A stretch of 64,000 bases of DNA. Origin: Pelagomonas calceolata (taxonomy: Eukaryota). Positions 42,846 to 53,590 of the stretch are shown here, one piece after another (position 1 is the stretch's first letter; each line of letters starts with the position of its first letter). Below the pieces are notes generated by a model. The model had not been told where the DNA came from and made no database searches. It saw only the letters and a program-made list of their open reading frames with translations. The stretch covers positions 1,178,001 to 1,242,000 of the forward strand of contig CAKKNE010000001.1 in NCBI GenBank assembly GCA_918797485.1, written 5' to 3'. A program made the position numbers and the translations under genes.

Positions 42846-45800
42846 CTACGAGGGCGACGTCGGCGGCGACGCCGCCTGCAAACTCCGCCGCCGTTCCCGC
42901 CGCGCCGCGAGCTGCCGCTCGAGCTCCTCGGTCTCAGGTTTCAACTTCTCGAGCTCGGCCTCGGCTTGGTGGCGCCGCGCTGAGGACAACGCCCGCTTCT
43001 CCTCGGCCTCCTTTGCACGAGTAGCTAATTCTTCCACTTCCAACTTGAGCTTCTCCGCGAGCTCCTCTTTCACTTGAGCCTCGCGCTCCATGGCCTCCGC
43101 CTCAACGACGACCTTCTCGATCTCCGGCGAGAGAGCTGCGGCCTTTTCGCGTAGAGGCGACCGAGGTGGAGTTGCGGGCACGTCCGGCGCCGGCAGCGAC
43201 TCCTCGAACAGCGCATCGACGCGTCGCTCGACGACGTCGAAGACGGCCTCGTCGTCGGTCTCACTCTGCACCGATGGCTGTTCGATCTCCAGGGAAGGAC
43301 GTTCACGTCTTTTCCGGGCCGACTTGCCGACCATGATCCTACCTTGTCGACCGCGCTCGGCCGCTTGGAGTGTCGTGGCCATCTTCTGCTCCGTGAGACG
43401 CTGCGACCGTTCGGCGTGGCCCCGGTACCGAGCTTGTAGGGTCGTAGCGCACGCGTCGACGTCATTTATCGATTCTTCATCAGACGTCTCCTCCTCATCC
43501 ACATAGTGCGACGACATAGGTTGTCCTTTGACGGGCGTGGGGTCCGCGAACCTCGCGCGAGGCCCTTCTCTACTTCGCGTCTCTCTTTGTTGATCAACAT
43601 CTTGCTTGATCTCATCTTCATCCCTATCTACTTCTCTACCGTCGGGAAACACGGGCTCGTCACCGGTCGCGAACCGTACCGAAGTGCGGGAAGGTGGTCG
43701 CTCCGGCTCCTCTTCGTGGAACCGCTGCGTCTCCTCCCAGGCCTCCATGGCGGCCCTACTTTGTCTACGAGCTTCGACGTGGTGGCCTTGAGCTGCTAAA
43801 GAGCGCTCGAACTCCAACTCCTCGATGGCCGCCGCGTGTATTTTCGCGGCGGCGCCTCGAGGTACTAAACCTTCGAGTAATTGGAACACGGTCGGTTCTT
43901 GCTCCGACGCGACGACCTGCACCAGAAACTCCCATCCGAGGTCCTCCCGCACCAGTCGTTCCGCACACAACCGCGGCTGCCTTATACTACACTTCTCGAG
44001 GATCAGTTCCAGTTGTTCCGCCTCGGCTTGAGATCTTGGTGATAACGGCTCTAGGGCCGATCCTAATCTGCCAGCTCCGCTACGTAATAGCGCTCGGAGC
44101 TCCTCGAGCTCTTCGGGACTGAACGGCATGCCGCTCTCGAGGAATTGATCCGAGGGCGTGAAAGGCGGCGGTGGCGACGCCCCGTCGTCCTCATAGATTC
44201 CGAGGTCGGCGTCCTCGCCGTAGGCGAAGGAACGGGGCGCGGGCGTCGGCCGTCTCTCTAATCGTTTCGGCGCCGGCGCCGGGCTGAACGTCGCGGGGTC
44301 CACGAGCTCGCAGACGCGTTTTGATAGCATATCAGCATCTTCATGTGACAGGTCTTCGTCGGCGCCCTGCATCGCCAGTTCGGCGATGTCCTCGGAGCGC
44401 ACCGTCGCTATTGATTTGCGCGCGGACCCCAAGGACGTCGCCTCGACATCGACGGACCCGTCCGCTCTTGCTACCACAGCGCAGAGCAGTAATTTCTCGT
44501 CGAAGCGCTTGCCCAGCGTCCGCACGCGTCGCCCGCGCGCGGGCTCGCCCGCGATGGCGACGCGCTTTGTCGTTCGCGCATTGCGGCCCCTTACTCTAGC
44601 TTGCAGCTTCGTGGCCGCGCGGTCGTCGTCGTTTGGTGAAGGCAGCGCGTCGCCGAGCGCCGTCCCGCCGTCCTCGGCCATGTCGGCTTCGACGGTTGTT
44701 TCGCCGGCGGCGAGGACGTCCGGTTCCTCCGCGGTCGTCGGCTCGGCCACGGGCTCGGTTGTGGGCTCTGCAGTGGGCTCGGCCGTCGGCTCGGCCGTGG
44801 GCTCGGTTGTGGGCTCCGCCGTCGGTTCCACCGTCGGCTCCGCAGTGGGCTCCGCGGTCGGCTCCGCCGTAGGTTCGGCCGTAGGCTCCGCTGCATCGGC
44901 TGCGGGCGCCGGCGGCTCAGATGCGGGCGCCGGCGCCGCCTCGTCCGCGGTCGGCTCTGCTGCTGGCGCGGGCGCGGCCTCCTCCGCGGTGGGCTCAGCG
45001 GCTGGCGCCGGCGCGCCCTCGTCCGCAGTGGGCTCCGCAGTGGGCTCGGCCGTAGGCTCCGCGGCAGGCTCGGCCGTAGGTTCCGCGGTCTCCTCGGCGG
45101 CTGGTGCCGGCGGCGTTGCGGCTGTGGGTTGCTCGTCACCGGCGGTCTCGGCTGCGTCCGCTTCTGCCGCCGGGGCTGGGGCTTGAGTGTCTGGTGCCGG
45201 CGTCGGCGGCGCGGCGTCGGCTGTCTCGGCCGCCGGCGCCAGCTCCGCCTCTTCGGCGGCCGGGACCGTCGGTGCCGCCACGGACGTAGGCGAGGGCGTA
45301 TCCGCCTCTGCTGAGGGCGCTGGGGCTTGTGCGTCTATTGCCGGCACCGGCGGCTCCGCGGCGGCTGCGGGTTGCTCGGCCTCTTCTGCGGCGGGCGCCG
45401 CCTCGGCCGTAGGCGCGGCCGCGTCCACGGCCTCCGCCGCGGGGGCCGGGGCTTGAGCGTCTGTTTCAGGCGCAAGCGGCTCCGCGGCGGCCGCCGGTGG
45501 GTCCACGGCAGTGGCCTCGGCCGCCGGAGCCGGCGCGGCGTCTTCCGCGGCGGGCGCGGGCGTGGTCGTTTCTGCATCGGCGGTCGGTTCCGCTGCTGGC
45601 GCCGGCGCGGCCTCGTCGGTCGGCTCGACTGCCGGCGCGGGCGCAGCCTCCTCCGCGGTGGGCTCCGCTGCTGGCGCCACGGCGTCCTCCGCAGGCGGCT
45701 CGGCTGCCGGCGCCGGCGCGGCCTCGTCAGCGGGCGGCTCGGCTGCAGGCGCGGGCGCCGCCTCGTCCGCGGCAGGCTCTGCTGCTGGCGCCGGCGCCGC

Positions 45801-48800
45801 CTCCTCTGCGGGCGGCTCGGCTGGCGCAGGCGCCGCCTCGTCAGCGGGCGGCTCGGCTGCAGGCGCGGGCGCGGCCTCCTCCGCGGCAGGCTCAGCGGCT
45901 GGCGCCGGCGCGGCCTCGTCGGTCGGCTCAGCTGCCGGCGCCGGCGCGGCCTCGTCGGTCGGCTCGGCTGCTGGCGCCGGCGCCGCCTCCTCTGCGGGCG
46001 GCTCGGCTGGCGCAGGCGCCGCCTCGTCAGCGGGCGGCTCGGCTGCAGGCGCGGGCGCGGCCTCCTCTGCCGTCGGCTCGGCTGCTGGCGCCGGCGCCGC
46101 CTCCTCTGCGGTGGGCTCAGCGGCTGGCGCCGGCGCGGCCTCGTCGGTCGGCTCGGCTGCAGGTGCCGGTGCCGCCTCGTCGGTCGGCTCGGCTGCTGGC
46201 GCCGGTGCCGCCTCGTCGGTCGGCTCGGCTGCTGGCGCCGGCGCGGCCTCCTCTGCAGGCGGCTCGGCTGGCGCAGGCGCCGCCTCGTCCGCGGGCGGCT
46301 CGGCTGCTGGCGCGGGCGCCGCCTCCTCTGCCGTGGGCTCGGCGGCTGGCGCCGGCGCGGCCTCCTCCGCTGCAGGCGCGTCAGCGGCAGGCGCAGGCGA
46401 CTCGGCGTCTGCCGCTGGCGCCGGTGGCTCCGCAGCAGCTGCTGGCGCCGGCGGTTCCGCATCGGCTGCCGGGGCCGGCGGCTCGGCCGCGTCTGCCGCG
46501 GGCGCCGGCGCGGCCTCCTCGGCATCCGCCGCCGGCGCCGGCGCGGGTGGCTCCTCGGCTGCGGGCTGCTCGGCCGCCGGTGCGGGCGCCGCCTCTTCCG
46601 CGGCGGGCGCGGGCGGCTCCGCGGCGACGGCAGGCGCCGGTGGCTCCGCTGCTTCTGTCGCTGGCGCGGGCGCGGCCTCCTCTGCTGCGGGCGCCGGCGG
46701 CTCGGCGTCGGCTGATGGTGCCGGCGGTTCCGCTGCCGGCGCGGGCGCGGCCTCCTCTGCTGCGGGCGCAGGCGGTTCAGCAGCTGCCGCCGGCGCTGGT
46801 GGCTCTGCTGCTGGTGCCGGCGCGGTCTCCTCCGCGGCAGGCGCCGGCGGCTCTGCTGCATCAGCTGCGGGCGCCGGTGGCTCTGTGGCCGGCGTAGGCG
46901 CGGCTACTTCTGCAGCTGGCGCAGGCGCGGCCTCTGGTGCGGGCTCGGCGTCTGCCGCCGGCGCCGGCGGTTCCGCGGCAGCCGCGGGGGCGGGCGGCTC
47001 AGCTGCCTCCGCTGCGGGCGCTGGGGGTTCCGTCGCGACGGCGGGCTCCGCCGCCGGCGCAGGCGCGGCCTCGTCCGCGACCGGCGCCGGCGGTTCGGCG
47101 GCGGCCGCGGGCGGCTCCGCTGCGTCCGCGGCAGGGGCCGGCGGTTCGACAGCGGCTGGTGCCGGTGGCTCCGCTGCCGGCGCGGGCGCGGCCTCCTCCG
47201 CGGCAGCCGGGGGCTCTGCGGGTTTTTCCGCATCCGCGGCCGCGGGCTCGCCGTCGGCGGCGGGCGCGGGGGGCTCCGCCGCCGGAGCGCCCGGCTCCTC
47301 GCCGGCCGGCGGCGCCGCTGGCTCGGCCAGGGCGGTCCCGGCGTCGGCCGCGGCTTCCGGCCCAGGCTCCGCAGCTTGCTCCGCCGGCGGCGCCGCGGCG
47401 GCTTCTTCGGTCGCAGGCGGCGCCGCGGCGGCTTCTTCCGCGGCAGGCGCAGCTTCCGCAGCAGGCTCTGCCGCTGGCTCCGCCGCCGCCGCGGCTGCAT
47501 CCTCGGGAGTAGGCTCGGCTGCTTCCGCTGGCGGCGCCGCGGCGGCCTCCTCGGCCGCAGGCGTAGCTTCCGCGGTCGGCTCGGCCGCGGGCTCTGCGGT
47601 CGGCTCGGTCGCGGGCTTGGCCGCGGGCTCGGCCGCGGGCTCCGCAGTGGGTTCCGCAGTTGGCTCGGCCGCGGGCTCGGCGGTGGGCTCGGCCGCGGGC
47701 TCGGCCGCGGGCTCTGCGGCCGGCTCGGACGCAGGCTCGGTCGCGGGCTCTGCGGCCGGCTCGGCCGTAGGCTCGGCCGCCGGCTCGGCCGCGGGCTCGG
47801 CCGCCGGCTCGGCCGCGGGCTCGGCCGCCGGCTCGGCCGCGGGCTCGGCCGCCGGCTCGGCCGCGGGCTCGGCCGCGGGCTCGGCCGCGGGCTCTGCGGC
47901 CGGCTCGGCCGTAGGCTCGGCCGCCGGCTCGGCCGCCGGCTCGGCCGCCGGCTCGGCCGCGGGCTCGGCCGCCGGCTCGGCCGCGGGCTCGGCCGCGGGC
48001 TCGGCCGCGGGCTCTGCGGCCGGCTCGGCCGTAGGCTCGGCCGCCGGCTCGGCCGCCGGCTCGGCCGTAGGCTCCGCTGCGGGCTCGGCCGCGGGCTCGG
48101 CCGTGGGCTCGGCGGCCGGCTCGGCCGCGGGCTCGGCGGCCGGCTCGGCCGCGGGCTCGGCGGTCGGCTCGGCCGCGGGCTCTGCGGTAGGCTCGGCCGC
48201 GGGCTCGGCCGCGGGCTCGGCCGTGGGCTCTGCGGCAGCAGGCTCTGCCGCTGGCTCCGCCGGTGGCGCCGCAGCGGCCTCCTCGGCCGCGGCCGGCGCC
48301 GCGGCGGCCTCTTCCGCGGCCGCCGCTATCTCCGCCCGTTCGTGGGGCAACTTGTAGTCGCTCGCGGGCGGCGCCGCGGCGGCCTCGTCGCTCGCCGGCG
48401 GCGCCGCGGGCTCGGCCAGGGCGGTCCCCGCGTCTTCGGCGGCGGGCGCGGTCGCCGGCGCCGCCGCGGCGTCGTCGAACGTCGGGGGCGCCGCGGCCGG
48501 CGCCTCCTTAATTGGCGACGCCGCGGGCGATCCCGGAGAGACGGCCGGCGCCTCGCTCGCCGCCGGCGCCGGCGCCGGCGCGGCCGCCGGCGGCGGGAAG
48601 AGCGCCGCTAATCTTAACCGTTCGGCCTCGGCCGCGGCCTCCTGCTCCAGTCTCAAAGCCTCGGCCGCCTCGGCTAACGCGTCGCGCTTCGCCTCGGCGG
48701 CTGCCAAGTCGTCGACGCCCGCCTTCGCCGCGCGTTCCAGAGCCGCCTCCAACACTTCCAGAGAGTCGCCTTCTAAAGCCGCAGCGAGCGCCTCAGTAGC

Positions 48801-50738
48801 GTCAACCTTCTCCTTGGCCCGGCGCGCCTTGTCGGCCGCGAGCTCCTCTCGTAGGCGCTTCGCCTCCTCCTCGGCCGGGTCCGGCGCAAATTCCCGCTTG
48901 ACGTGCACAACTTTCACCAGCTGGCACTTGAGCTTCGTGAACCTACCCTTGCCTTGTAACGCGAGAGACTCGACGATAGCCTCGCCGACGTCATAGGCAT
49001 GTTCGCTCCAGTCCTTACCTACTAACGCTTTGTTCTCCCAGTCCAGATCCTCTTGCTTCAGTACGAGCTGGGACGCTTTGCCGGTGTCCGAAGGCGTGAC
49101 GTCACACGTGATAGCTTCAGGTGAATGAGTGCACTTGATGGTACATACTCTTCCTGAAAGCTCGCCTTCCTTCTCGATGGGATATTCTCTCGCAGGCGGT
49201 GGAGGTTTAGCAGCTTCCTCGGCCGCCAAGCGTTCCGCCTCCTCCTTCGCACGTTGTTCCGCAGCTAGTCTCTTGGCCTCCTTCTCCTTGAGCATCTTCT
49301 CCTTGGCTGCCGCCTCGTCTATCTTAGCTTGTTCTGCTAACCTTACCTTCTCGGCCTCGGCCTCGATAGCCAGCTGCTTGGCGACCTCGCGCTTCTCCTC
49401 CTCGGCCTTGGCCAACCGTATGGCCTGCTCGGCCATCTCCTTGTCCTCCCTCAGCAATCTAGCTTCATAATCTTTAACAGCTTGAATGGCCGCTTCCGCC
49501 TTCTCGCGATCGATCCTCAGTTCTTCTTGGTGGTAGAACTCGACCAGCCAGATCTTTGTCAGCCTCGCGACGGCGTCCGCGACGGCCCGCTCGGCCCGCG
49601 CCCGGTCGCGCTTCCGCTCCCTTTGTTTGATTCGGAGCTCGGCGGCGGCTTTTTTCGCTTTCGCCCTTTTAGCTAAGGCCTCGTCCCGACCCATGAAGGA
49701 CGTGATGTCACTCATCACTAATTTATCCAACCAGTCCTGCGCAGCGTCAGCGGCGTCCTGCGCGGCTTTGCGGTCGGCCTCGAGCCGCGCCTGGTGCTCC
49801 GCGCGCATCTTCTTGACCATCGACACTCTCCCATCAGCTCGCACAATAATATCGCCCTTCGGAACCTCTTCCGCCTCCTTCTGGCGCCACCGCTCCTCCG
49901 CTTGGATCTGCAGTCGCACGCGTTCCAACTTCGCGCGCCGTTCCCGGTCCTTTTCCTCCTGAATCCTCCTCTCTTCAGCTTCTCGGATCTTCCGATTCCG
50001 GATCTGCACGGAGCACATCCTTCTCGCATATTTCTGGAGCACCGTCGCCGCGGGCTGCGTGTATTTATTTAACTCAATCAGGAAATCCGCCATCAGTTCG
50101 TCCCAATCTACGCTCGCCAAAATCTTCTCCTTCTCGGCTTTAGTCGGGACCCTGTACTCGTCCGGTATCGTTGCGGGATCTGGCGTTAAGGGGTCGTATT
50201 TTTTCTTTTTTCTTTTTGTGGGCGGTCTCCCGTAGATCTTCTGCGAGGGCTTGTACAACTTCTTGCGCGTCGGAAAGTCGTCCCAGGCCGATTTTAGTTG
50301 GATGGATCCATAGTCCAACGTCTCGCCGTACTGGCTGTCGGTCATCAGTACCGACTTACTTAGTGTTTCATCGAGCCACGACTCATCTTTCTTCTGGACA
50401 CGCCTGACGGCCTTGGGCATGATCTGGATCTTGCCGTTGAACGACGCGACGGGAAAGTAGGGCTCCCGCGTGCCCCGCACCTGGCCGGCTTGGCCGACGA
50501 ACGCAAATCTAGGTGGTAAGTACTGCTGCTCGATATTGGCTTTGATGGCTTCTCGTAGATGTGTTAATGACGCATCTCCACCAATGGGTATGATGCCCAG
50601 AGGCTTCTTGACGCCCTTCAATGAAACTTCGATCGTCGTCTGCGCGCCCTCGACGCTGTCGAGCTTGGGCTTGCCGCTGTCGGCCGTCCATGCGGCGCGC
50701 GGCGACGCTTCGGGCGGTGGCGCGTCGGTCTCCGCCAT
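42846..50738 (-). CDS. Giant (~2630 aa) protein: coiled coils, ~1200-aa Ala/Glu/Pro repeat linker, IQ motifs
   Basis: Single open frame. IQ-like motifs LQKYARRM, LQARVRGRNAR, LQARYRGHAER, LQAAERGRQGR. Confidence 0.85.
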   Translation of the reverse strand: MAETDAPPPEASPRAAWTADSGKPKLDSVEGAQTTIEVSLKGVKKPLGIIPIGGDASLTHLREAIKANIEQQYLPPRFAFVGQAGQVRGTREPYFPVASFNGKIQIMPKAVRRVQKKDESWLDETLSKSVLMTDSQYGETLDYGSIQLKSAWDDFPTRKKLYKPSQKIYGRPPTKRKKKKYDPLTPDPATIPDEYRVPTKAEKEKILASVDWDELMADFLIELNKYTQPAATVLQKYARRMCSVQIRNRKIREAEERRIQEEKDRERRAKLERVRLQIQAEERWRQKEAEEVPKGDIIVRADGRVSMVKKMRAEHQARLEADRKAAQDAADAAQDWLDKLVMSDITSFMGRDEALAKRAKAKKAAAELRIKQRERKRDRARAERAVADAVARLTKIWLVEFYHQEELRIDREKAEAAIQAVKDYEARLLREDKEMAEQAIRLAKAEEEKREVAKQLAIEAEAEKVRLAEQAKIDEAAAKEKMLKEKEAKRLAAEQRAKEEAERLAAEEAAKPPPPAREYPIEKEGELSGRVCTIKCTHSPEAITCDVTPSDTGKASQLVLKQEDLDWENKALVGKDWSEHAYDVGEAIVESLALQGKGRFTKLKCQLVKVVHVKREFAPDPAEEEAKRLREELAADKARRAKEKVDATEALAAALEGDSLEVLEAALERAAKAGVDDLAAAEAKRDALAEAAEALRLEQEAAAEAERLRLAALFPPPAAAPAPAPAASEAPAVSPGSPAASPIKEAPAAAPPTFDDAAAAPATAPAAEDAGTALAEPAAPPASDEAAAAPPASDYKLPHERAEIAAAAEEAAAAPAAAEEAAAAPPAEPAAEPAAAEPTAEPAAEPAAEPTAEPAAEPTAEPAAEPAAEPAAEPAAEPTAEPAAEPAAEPTAEPAAEPAAEPTAEPAAEPAAEPAAEPAAEPAAEPAAEPAAEPAAEPAAEPTAEPAAEPAAEPAAEPAAEPAAEPAAEPAAEPAAEPAAEPAAEPAAEPTAEPAAEPATEPASEPAAEPAAEPAAEPTAEPAAEPTAEPTAEPAAEPAAKPATEPTAEPAAEPTAEATPAAEEAAAAPPAEAAEPTPEDAAAAAAEPAAEPAAEAAPAAEEAAAAPPATEEAAAAPPAEQAAEPGPEAAADAGTALAEPAAPPAGEEPGAPAAEPPAPAADGEPAAADAEKPAEPPAAAEEAAPAPAAEPPAPAAVEPPAPAADAAEPPAAAAEPPAPVADEAAPAPAAEPAVATEPPAPAAEAAEPPAPAAAAEPPAPAADAEPAPEAAPAPAAEVAAPTPATEPPAPAADAAEPPAPAAEETAPAPAAEPPAPAAAAEPPAPAAEEAAPAPAAEPPAPSADAEPPAPAAEEAAPAPATEAAEPPAPAVAAEPPAPAAEEAAPAPAAEQPAAEEPPAPAPAADAEEAAPAPAADAAEPPAPAADAEPPAPAAAAEPPAPAADAESPAPAADAPAAEEAAPAPAAEPTAEEAAPAPAAEPPADEAAPAPAEPPAEEAAPAPAAEPTDEAAPAPAAEPTDEAAPAPAAEPTDEAAPAPAAEPTAEEAAPAPAAEPTAEEAAPAPAAEPPADEAAPAPAEPPAEEAAPAPAAEPTDEAAPAPAAEPTDEAAPAPAAEPAAEEAAPAPAAEPPADEAAPAPAEPPAEEAAPAPAAEPAADEAAPAPAAEPPADEAAPAPAAEPPAEDAVAPAAEPTAEEAAPAPAVEPTDEAAPAPAAEPTADAETTTPAPAAEDAAPAPAAEATAVDPPAAAAEPLAPETDAQAPAPAAEAVDAAAPTAEAAPAAEEAEQPAAAAEPPVPAIDAQAPAPSAEADTPSPTSVAAPTVPAAEEAELAPAAETADAAPPTPAPDTQAPAPAAEADAAETAGDEQPTAATPPAPAAEETAEPTAEPAAEPTAEPTAEPTADEGAPAPAAEPTAEEAAPAPAAEPTADEAAPAPASEPPAPAADAAEPTAEPTAEPTAEPTAEPTVEPTAEPTTEPTAEPTAEPTAEPTTEPVAEPTTAEEPDVLAAGETTVEADMAEDGGTALGDALPSPNDDDRAATKLQARVRGRNARTTKRVAIAGEPARGRRVRTLGKRFDEKLLLCAVVARADGSVDVEATSLGSARKSIATVRSEDIAELAMQGADEDLSHEDADMLSKRVCELVDPATFSPAPAPKRLERRPTPAPRSFAYGEDADLGIYEDDGASPPPPFTPSDQFLESGMPFSPEELEELRALLRSGAGRLGSALEPLSPRSQAEAEQLELILEKCSIRQPRLCAERLVREDLGWEFLVQVVASEQEPTVFQLLEGLVPRGAAAKIHAAAIEELEFERSLAAQGHHVEARRQSRAAMEAWEETQRFHEEEPERPPSRTSVRFATGDEPVFPDGREVDRDEDEIKQDVDQQRETRSREGPRARFADPTPVKGQPMSSHYVDEEETSDEESINDVDACATTLQARYRGHAERSQRLTEQKMATTLQAAERGRQGRIMVGKSARKRRERPSLEIEQPSVQSETDDEAVFDVVERRVDALFEESLPAPDVPATPPRSPLREKAAALSPEIEKVVVEAEAMEREAQVKEELAEKLKLEVEELATRAKEAEEKRALSSARRHQAEAELEKLKPETEELERQLAARRERRRSLQAASPPTSPS
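44740..48300 (-). repeat. Coding minisatellite arrays (12-bp AEP[A/T] units and ~30-36-bp EEAAPAPAAEP units)
   Basis: GGCTCGGCCGC[G/C] arrays at ~47570-48230 and ~44740-44890, with longer units between. Confidence 0.9.
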
Positions 50739-51085
50739 CGCTGCGGTGTTTGGTTGGGGTGCAGCGCTGCGCTTGCTGTGTTTGGTGCACCGCCGCGGCA
50801 CGCTCCGGCGCGGCTGAGGAGGGGCTGCCTATATGTTTGCTATATAGCGCGGCTCTGCCCTTCGCGGCGCAGCCCTTCGATGCGCACCGCCTGTTATGCG
50901 CACGCTGGCTTCTATACGGCGCCACGGGCTGCCTCTTTGCGCTTCCCTCGCGGCTCGCGGCCCCGCTCTCTGTGGCGCTGAATGCCGAAGTAATCCTAGT
51001 GTCCTAGTGTGCGGGGTTGGTATAGCTGTCCAGGGATCGACGCCCGGTCCAGCCGGACGGCTAGGGAACGCTGGATCCCGCGTGG

Positions 51086-51108
51086 GCTAGCGGCCTGTGA
51101 CACACTAG
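51086..51108 (-). promoter_or_regulatory. CTAG-box (CTAGTGTGTCACAGGCCGCTAGC) in divergent spacer
   Basis: Lies between 50738(-) and 51239(+). Confidence 0.6.
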
Positions 51109-51238
51109 GCATGCCCTGGCAAGTAAGCTGGACCTCAGCCGCGGCGGCGTAAACGCGCCTAGTTACGCATGCGCGGCGCTGCAGGCATCACCATAGATCA
51201 ATAACAAACCAGCGCGCGCATCGCCGTGGAACGCATCG

Positions 51239-52312
51239 ATGCTACGCACAGCATCGCGCCTCGCCGCGCGCACCACGCTGGTGCAAAGGCGCCGCGCGTC
51301 GCGCGTCGTCAAGGTCAAGGCCCTGCCCTTCGACCTCAACACGGAGGCGTTGCTAAGAAACGCCTTTAGTGAGCAAGACATCTCACCAACAAACATCGAG
51401 CTGCGCCAGCGTTCCAGCGGCCGCTTCAACGGTGCTGCCTCATTAACCTTCGACGACGTCGACGAAGCCACGAAGGCCTTCCGACGACTGCGCCACGACG
51501 GCGTCGAAATAGGAAATCGGAAAGTAGAAGTCGCGTGGGGCACGACACCGTTCGAGCCCGAGCCCGAACCCACACGAGAGGAATTGGAGGAGGACCCCCT
51601 GAAGGTACTTACACGAGTATTAGATGAGCGCCGACTACCCACATTGGATCAAATACGAGCGGAGATGCTGCAGAACGACCAGCACGACATCGTCCGAGAG
51701 GCGCGGTTTCCCGGTCTTATTATGGGTGAAGATGAGGTAGACGAGGAACCCCCACAACCGAAGAAGAAGAAGGTCGTGGACCCGTCAGAACCGTTAGGAA
51801 AGTGGGCCGAGACCATCGTCAAGATCAATCGGGTCCAAAAAGTCGTAAGGGGAGGGACGATTATGAGGTACCGAGCGTTAGTTGTGGTCGGTAATTTGAT
51901 GGGCGCCGGCGGCTTCGCCTATGGGAAAGGTCATTCACCGAGGGACGCCGTGGCTCGTGCATCAAAAGCCGCGAAACGGGACCTGCGCTTCGTCGAAAGG
52001 TTTAGGGACACGTCGCTGTTGCACGACGTGCGGGGCAAGCACAACAACTGCATTGTGGACATCTACGCGAAGCCGCCCGGTTCTGGGATCGTCGGCGGGC
52101 CTCTTGGTAGGCGTATCCTGACGCAGCTCGGGTTTTCGTCGTTCACGATCAAAGCAAGGGGTAGGAGGACGCCTTATAGCTACTGCGCGGCGGCCTTCGA
52201 CGCGTTATCAAAGCATCGCTCTGTTGAAGAAATAGCGCGGAGTCGCGGGCGACGTATTTTAGAGATCGAGCACGCGGCGGCGCGGCACGCGCGGTCACCA
52301 TTTAAGGCTTAG
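51239..52312 (+). CDS. MRPS5: Mitochondrial ribosomal protein uS5m with N-terminal RRM-like domain
   Basis: Arg-rich mitochondrial presequence; IVKINRVQKVVRGG..YRALVVVGN..GGFAYGKG S5 signature. Confidence 0.88.
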   Translation: MLRTASRLAARTTLVQRRRASRVVKVKALPFDLNTEALLRNAFSEQDISPTNIELRQRSSGRFNGAASLTFDDVDEATKAFRRLRHDGVEIGNRKVEVAWGTTPFEPEPEPTREELEEDPLKVLTRVLDERRLPTLDQIRAEMLQNDQHDIVREARFPGLIMGEDEVDEEPPQPKKKKVVDPSEPLGKWAETIVKINRVQKVVRGGTIMRYRALVVVGNLMGAGGFAYGKGHSPRDAVARASKAAKRDLRFVERFRDTSLLHDVRGKHNNCIVDIYAKPPGSGIVGGPLGRRILTQLGFSSFTIKARGRRTPYSYCAAAFDALSKHRSVEEIARSRGRRILEIEHAAARHARSPFKA

Positions 52313-52444
52313 TTAGTGTTATTCACAACAGGGACATTACGCGACGCCTCGCGCCGATGGCGTGGCGGTGGTGTAGCTCTCGCCGGCACGCCATCGCCGC
52401 GACGGCGTCGAGGCGGCGTGACAGCACGTCGACCATCGCCAAGA

Positions 52445-53230
52445 CTAGGTGGCCCACCCACCCATGAAGATAGACTTGGCGACCTGCTCCTTGCGCTTGA
52501 CCCCGCCCTCGACCCGGGCGTCCTGGAACTTGTCGTACTCCTCGCCGCGCTTCTCGTAGGCTTGCTGGAGGGCGTCCACCGGCTCTTTCGCAGGCTTCGC
52601 CTTGCCCGCGCCGAAGATGCGGTAAGCTAATGAACCGGGCTTCCGTCCCGCCGGCGCGGAGACCGGTCTATTGGAAGGGAGCCGCTTGCCGAAGCTGTCT
52701 CTCTCAATCACCTCGGCCTTCGCCTCCTTCCGCCTAAAACCTAAACGGGCCGAGAGCGGCCTCTTTTGTTTCCGGCCCTCGGCGCGCACCATCGCGAGCC
52801 ACTCCGGCGGCTTCCTCTCTTTTTCCCTTGCTAAAATCCGGGCGTCCCGCGCCAGGCCGTCGTAGATGGGCGTCGGCTCGTAGCAGGGCCTTCTATGAGG
52901 CACGTGGAGCTCCGCCCGTTCCCGCCCGTACCTCGTTAATGTCGTATTTTTGGCGTACTTCGCCCGCCACCGCGCCAGCTCCATCGCCTCGAGGGAGACG
53001 TGTAAATCTTCGTGCTCCTTGCGGTACTGCTGGGCCTTGGATAGCGGTCTTGCGGCCGGCGGCGTGTTGTAGCCCCGCAACCGGTCTAGAATCGTTTCCG
53101 TACCGCTGAGCGTATCCCCTAACTCCTTTTTCCTGAGTTTGGACGTGTAGCCCGTGATCTGGGGCCGCAGGTGGCGGTGCTTGCCGTCCTTGGGCAGGGC
53201 GTTCATCTGCCGGCTGTTGGGGGCCGCCAT
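52445..53230 (-). CDS. Hypothetical basic protein
   Basis: ATG (MAAPNS) in ACAATGG context; coding-like composition. Confidence 0.6.
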   Translation of the reverse strand: MAAPNSRQMNALPKDGKHRHLRPQITGYTSKLRKKELGDTLSGTETILDRLRGYNTPPAARPLSKAQQYRKEHEDLHVSLEAMELARWRAKYAKNTTLTRYGRERAELHVPHRRPCYEPTPIYDGLARDARILAREKERKPPEWLAMVRAEGRKQKRPLSARLGFRRKEAKAEVIERDSFGKRLPSNRPVSAPAGRKPGSLAYRIFGAGKAKPAKEPVDALQQAYEKRGEEYDKFQDARVEGGVKRKEQVAKSIFMGGWAT

Positions 53231-53590
53231 TGTTGTTATGGCCGGCGGGGCAGCGCTTCCTGCGTGCCCTCGGACCGTCCGCCGGGCGTGATGCCCGTGG
53301 GGCGTGCGCGGGGTGCGGCGCGGTGAGCCTGCTCTCCCTTGCGTAATTATTTTTTGCCAGCTAGCGTTTAAACGCACTTAGATTAAGCCCAGCTCCCTCG
53401 AGCGACAAGCAGCCCTACAGCTCCCCGTTGGCCTCTCCGGCGTATTGTGTGATCATCACGCTCTTGCCACAGCGCTGCGGCAAGCTTCTCACGCGAGCAT
53501 CACACGCCCAGCGAGCCCAGCAGCCGCGGCCCCATCCCAGCATTAGCTACACGCACGCCGCAGCCGCGACGCCGCCGCCGCGACGCAAAA

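Noticed and set aside
47570..48230. Regular repeats as a possible CRISPR array
   Set aside because: Head-to-tail 12-bp coding units with no unique spacers and no cas genes; the 15-bp array at 17682 was rejected for the same reason.
45335..48611. Long Ala/Gly/Ser- or Arg-rich ORFs (e.g. 45511-48357 +, 948 aa)
   Set aside because: Antisense or alternative-frame shadows of the AEPA repeat gene; GC-rich repeats lack stop codons.
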